Positions 63,601-64,000 of a stretch of DNA of 64,000 bases are shown in pieces. The notes under the pieces are model-generated. The model was given only the letters and a program-made list of their open reading frames with translations, was not told where the DNA came from and did not search any database. Source of the DNA: Limisphaerales bacterium (GTDB lineage Bacteria > Verrucomicrobiota > Verrucomicrobiia > Limisphaerales > UBA1096); NCBI GenBank assembly GCA_004213515.1, contig SHAK01000001.1, forward strand, positions 86,359-150,358, read 5' to 3'. The stretch's first letter is position 1. The number at the start of each line of letters is the position of its first letter. Made by a program: the position numbers and the translations under genes.

Positions 63601-64000
63601 CTGCGTTTTTATGATGATCAAAAATAGCGATATGCCCCCAGTCATCTCGACCGTCAATCTCCATACCGACGTCAAGCCACATAGCGCGCTTCCCCTCAGC
63701 CCTACGGTCGGTGTCACGTGCGGCGTTAACAGCCTCGCCCTTGATACCCTTCTTCCAAGGCATACGCACGAAAAGTCCCCCGTAGGGGTATTTGCCAATA
63801 TTGACATTGGTTTGGCCGGTCCCCATCCACTCAAGGTCGAGAACGTGCCGATCTTTGCTTGAAGTCATCGACCACCGCTGGGTCTCTGTGAGCACTGCAT
63901 TGCCATTAGCATCTAGTAGATCGTAGACGGTCTCCCATTTTACCGAATCTCCTTTGGCTTCGATCACTTTAACATCCTTGCGTTTCCAGTAATCGCCTCT
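60602..64000 (-). CDS. Giant DUF6807/PmoA-like plus membrane-bound-dehydrogenase beta-propeller plus HEAT-repeat protein with a C-terminal type-1 copper cupredoxin (azurin/plastocyanin-like) domain, partial: the N-terminus lies beyond the window end
   Basis: The frame is open to position 64000, and the ORF-track 'M' at 63967 is a GTG. The C-terminus HNLLIVKPG...YPYVCTFPGHATLMRGMM carries His...Cys-x-x-Pro-Gly-His-x-x-x-Met, a classical blue-copper ligand set. The central part has HEAT-like repeats. The N-terminal part resembles the propeller of the 17437-20616 paralog. Confidence 0.85.
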   Translation of the reverse strand, partial: RGDYWKRKDVKVIEAKGDSVKWETVYDLLDANGNAVLTETQRWSMTSSKDRHVLDLEWMGTGQTNVNIGKYPYGGLFVRMPWKKGIKGEAVNAARDTDRRAEGKRAMWLDVGMEIDGRDDWGHIAIFDHHKNAGYPQPWRVDGQLGVGPVRARLGDWNIAKGKTETIRHQIQVYGGKLNGKELTDRWKAYTGQRGTYALWQLAKRAGRDAKFLTPQEAVDNSTIEGGFTVNSWANEPMITQPMAFCWDDKGRMWVAENRDYETRGRGFSASGDSRILILEDTDRDGVADKRSVFLEGVPFPSAMAVGLDGLWLGAPPNLLFVPDRNKDDKADVDDIEVRLTGWGIRDRHEVLNSLHWGPDGWIYGCQGVFTPSVVGKPKGTGKLFKHGEPYPKSVEFEGEGQKINGGVWRYHPTKEVFEIVAHGFSNPWGIDYDAKGQLFITACVIPHLWHVIPGGLYHRQAGRHFNPHAYSDIRTIAEHRHRSAHGGARVYLSDAFPDEYQGKLFMANIHEHAVLTDELVPAGSGYVGKEHKDFMHANNEQWIGFSMEIGPAGNVYVLDWHDAFICGNNIQHKDTGRIFRLAPNKSLANDWEGRYEDVEKLSDAKLVSYQTNVSSWHARRARVVLHGRSIKGKLDKGTHRSLKQMFRKNKNADYRLRALWGLHITGGLNESENLKNLNDEDEHIRAWSIQFLCEDKNPSNRALKKFASMANKDSSPVVRLYLASAMQRISMGNRWAIAAGLVTHAEDADDHNLPKMIWYGVEPLVPENPTRAMNLAQASQLPLVTEYIARRATNARQLETLSLALGQIKDETTINNMLRGFDAGLKSLDEAVAPASWQETYKKIEKYPLAKEIALILGDSETNKALISTLDNSKATSVDRRSALKTLASKEHHALKDRLVNLLNDSNLSNDSIVAMASYDEKSFSRELLSRYSKMNVEEKSATIKTLSSQSSYAQKFTDAIKSGVVPRNDLPAYIVQKMRRIAGPRFVDIYGGGSSIPVIEGEKFQITISTIEGKMLYDTKEFEVKTGDSVSLKFRNMDFPPHNLLIVKPGKADEVAKMALELGEKGISKQWQPDTPLILWGSKAINHKEETVINFIAPEPGNYPYVCTFPGHATLMRGMMKVVARNIKTK

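Overview
This 64-kb window is a chromosomal segment with the gene content of a PVC-superphylum bacterium (Planctomycetota/Verrucomicrobiota-like), read from the sequence alone. Coding density is high, the background is moderately AT-rich, and there are no transposases, integrases or CRISPR arrays. Housekeeping genes are clear: sdhA (5'-truncated) and sdhB, glyQS, hemW, sucA-sucB-lpdA with a terminator hairpin, a dnaB-bamA-skp run on the minus strand, mutS, tRNA-Ser(GCU) and ligA. Between them sit PVC-specific families. There are two tightly coupled DUF1549/DUF1553 plus DUF1501 pairs and one DUF1592-type plus DUF1552 pair, whose small partners carry twin-arginine signals. Two giant dehydrogenase-domain plus HEAT-repeat proteins are present, one ending in a cytochrome c CxxCH and the other in a type-1 copper cupredoxin. 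There is also a WD40 protein with a planctomycete cytochrome-c-like domain, two ThuA-like genes flanking an unknown gene, and an FG-GAP/ASPIC protein. The best candidate for an undescribed system is a compact plus-strand operon at 30270-38675. It encodes an NfeD-like membrane protein, an unusually long flotillin, and a 1861-aa protein whose only recognisable module is a single AAA_5-type P-loop ATPase placed about 1280 residues from the N-terminus. A degenerate tRNA-Gly-like element lies just downstream. The cupredoxin-bearing giant gene at the right edge shows an abrupt GC-content shift inside its ORF and an 11-nt tandem duplication.
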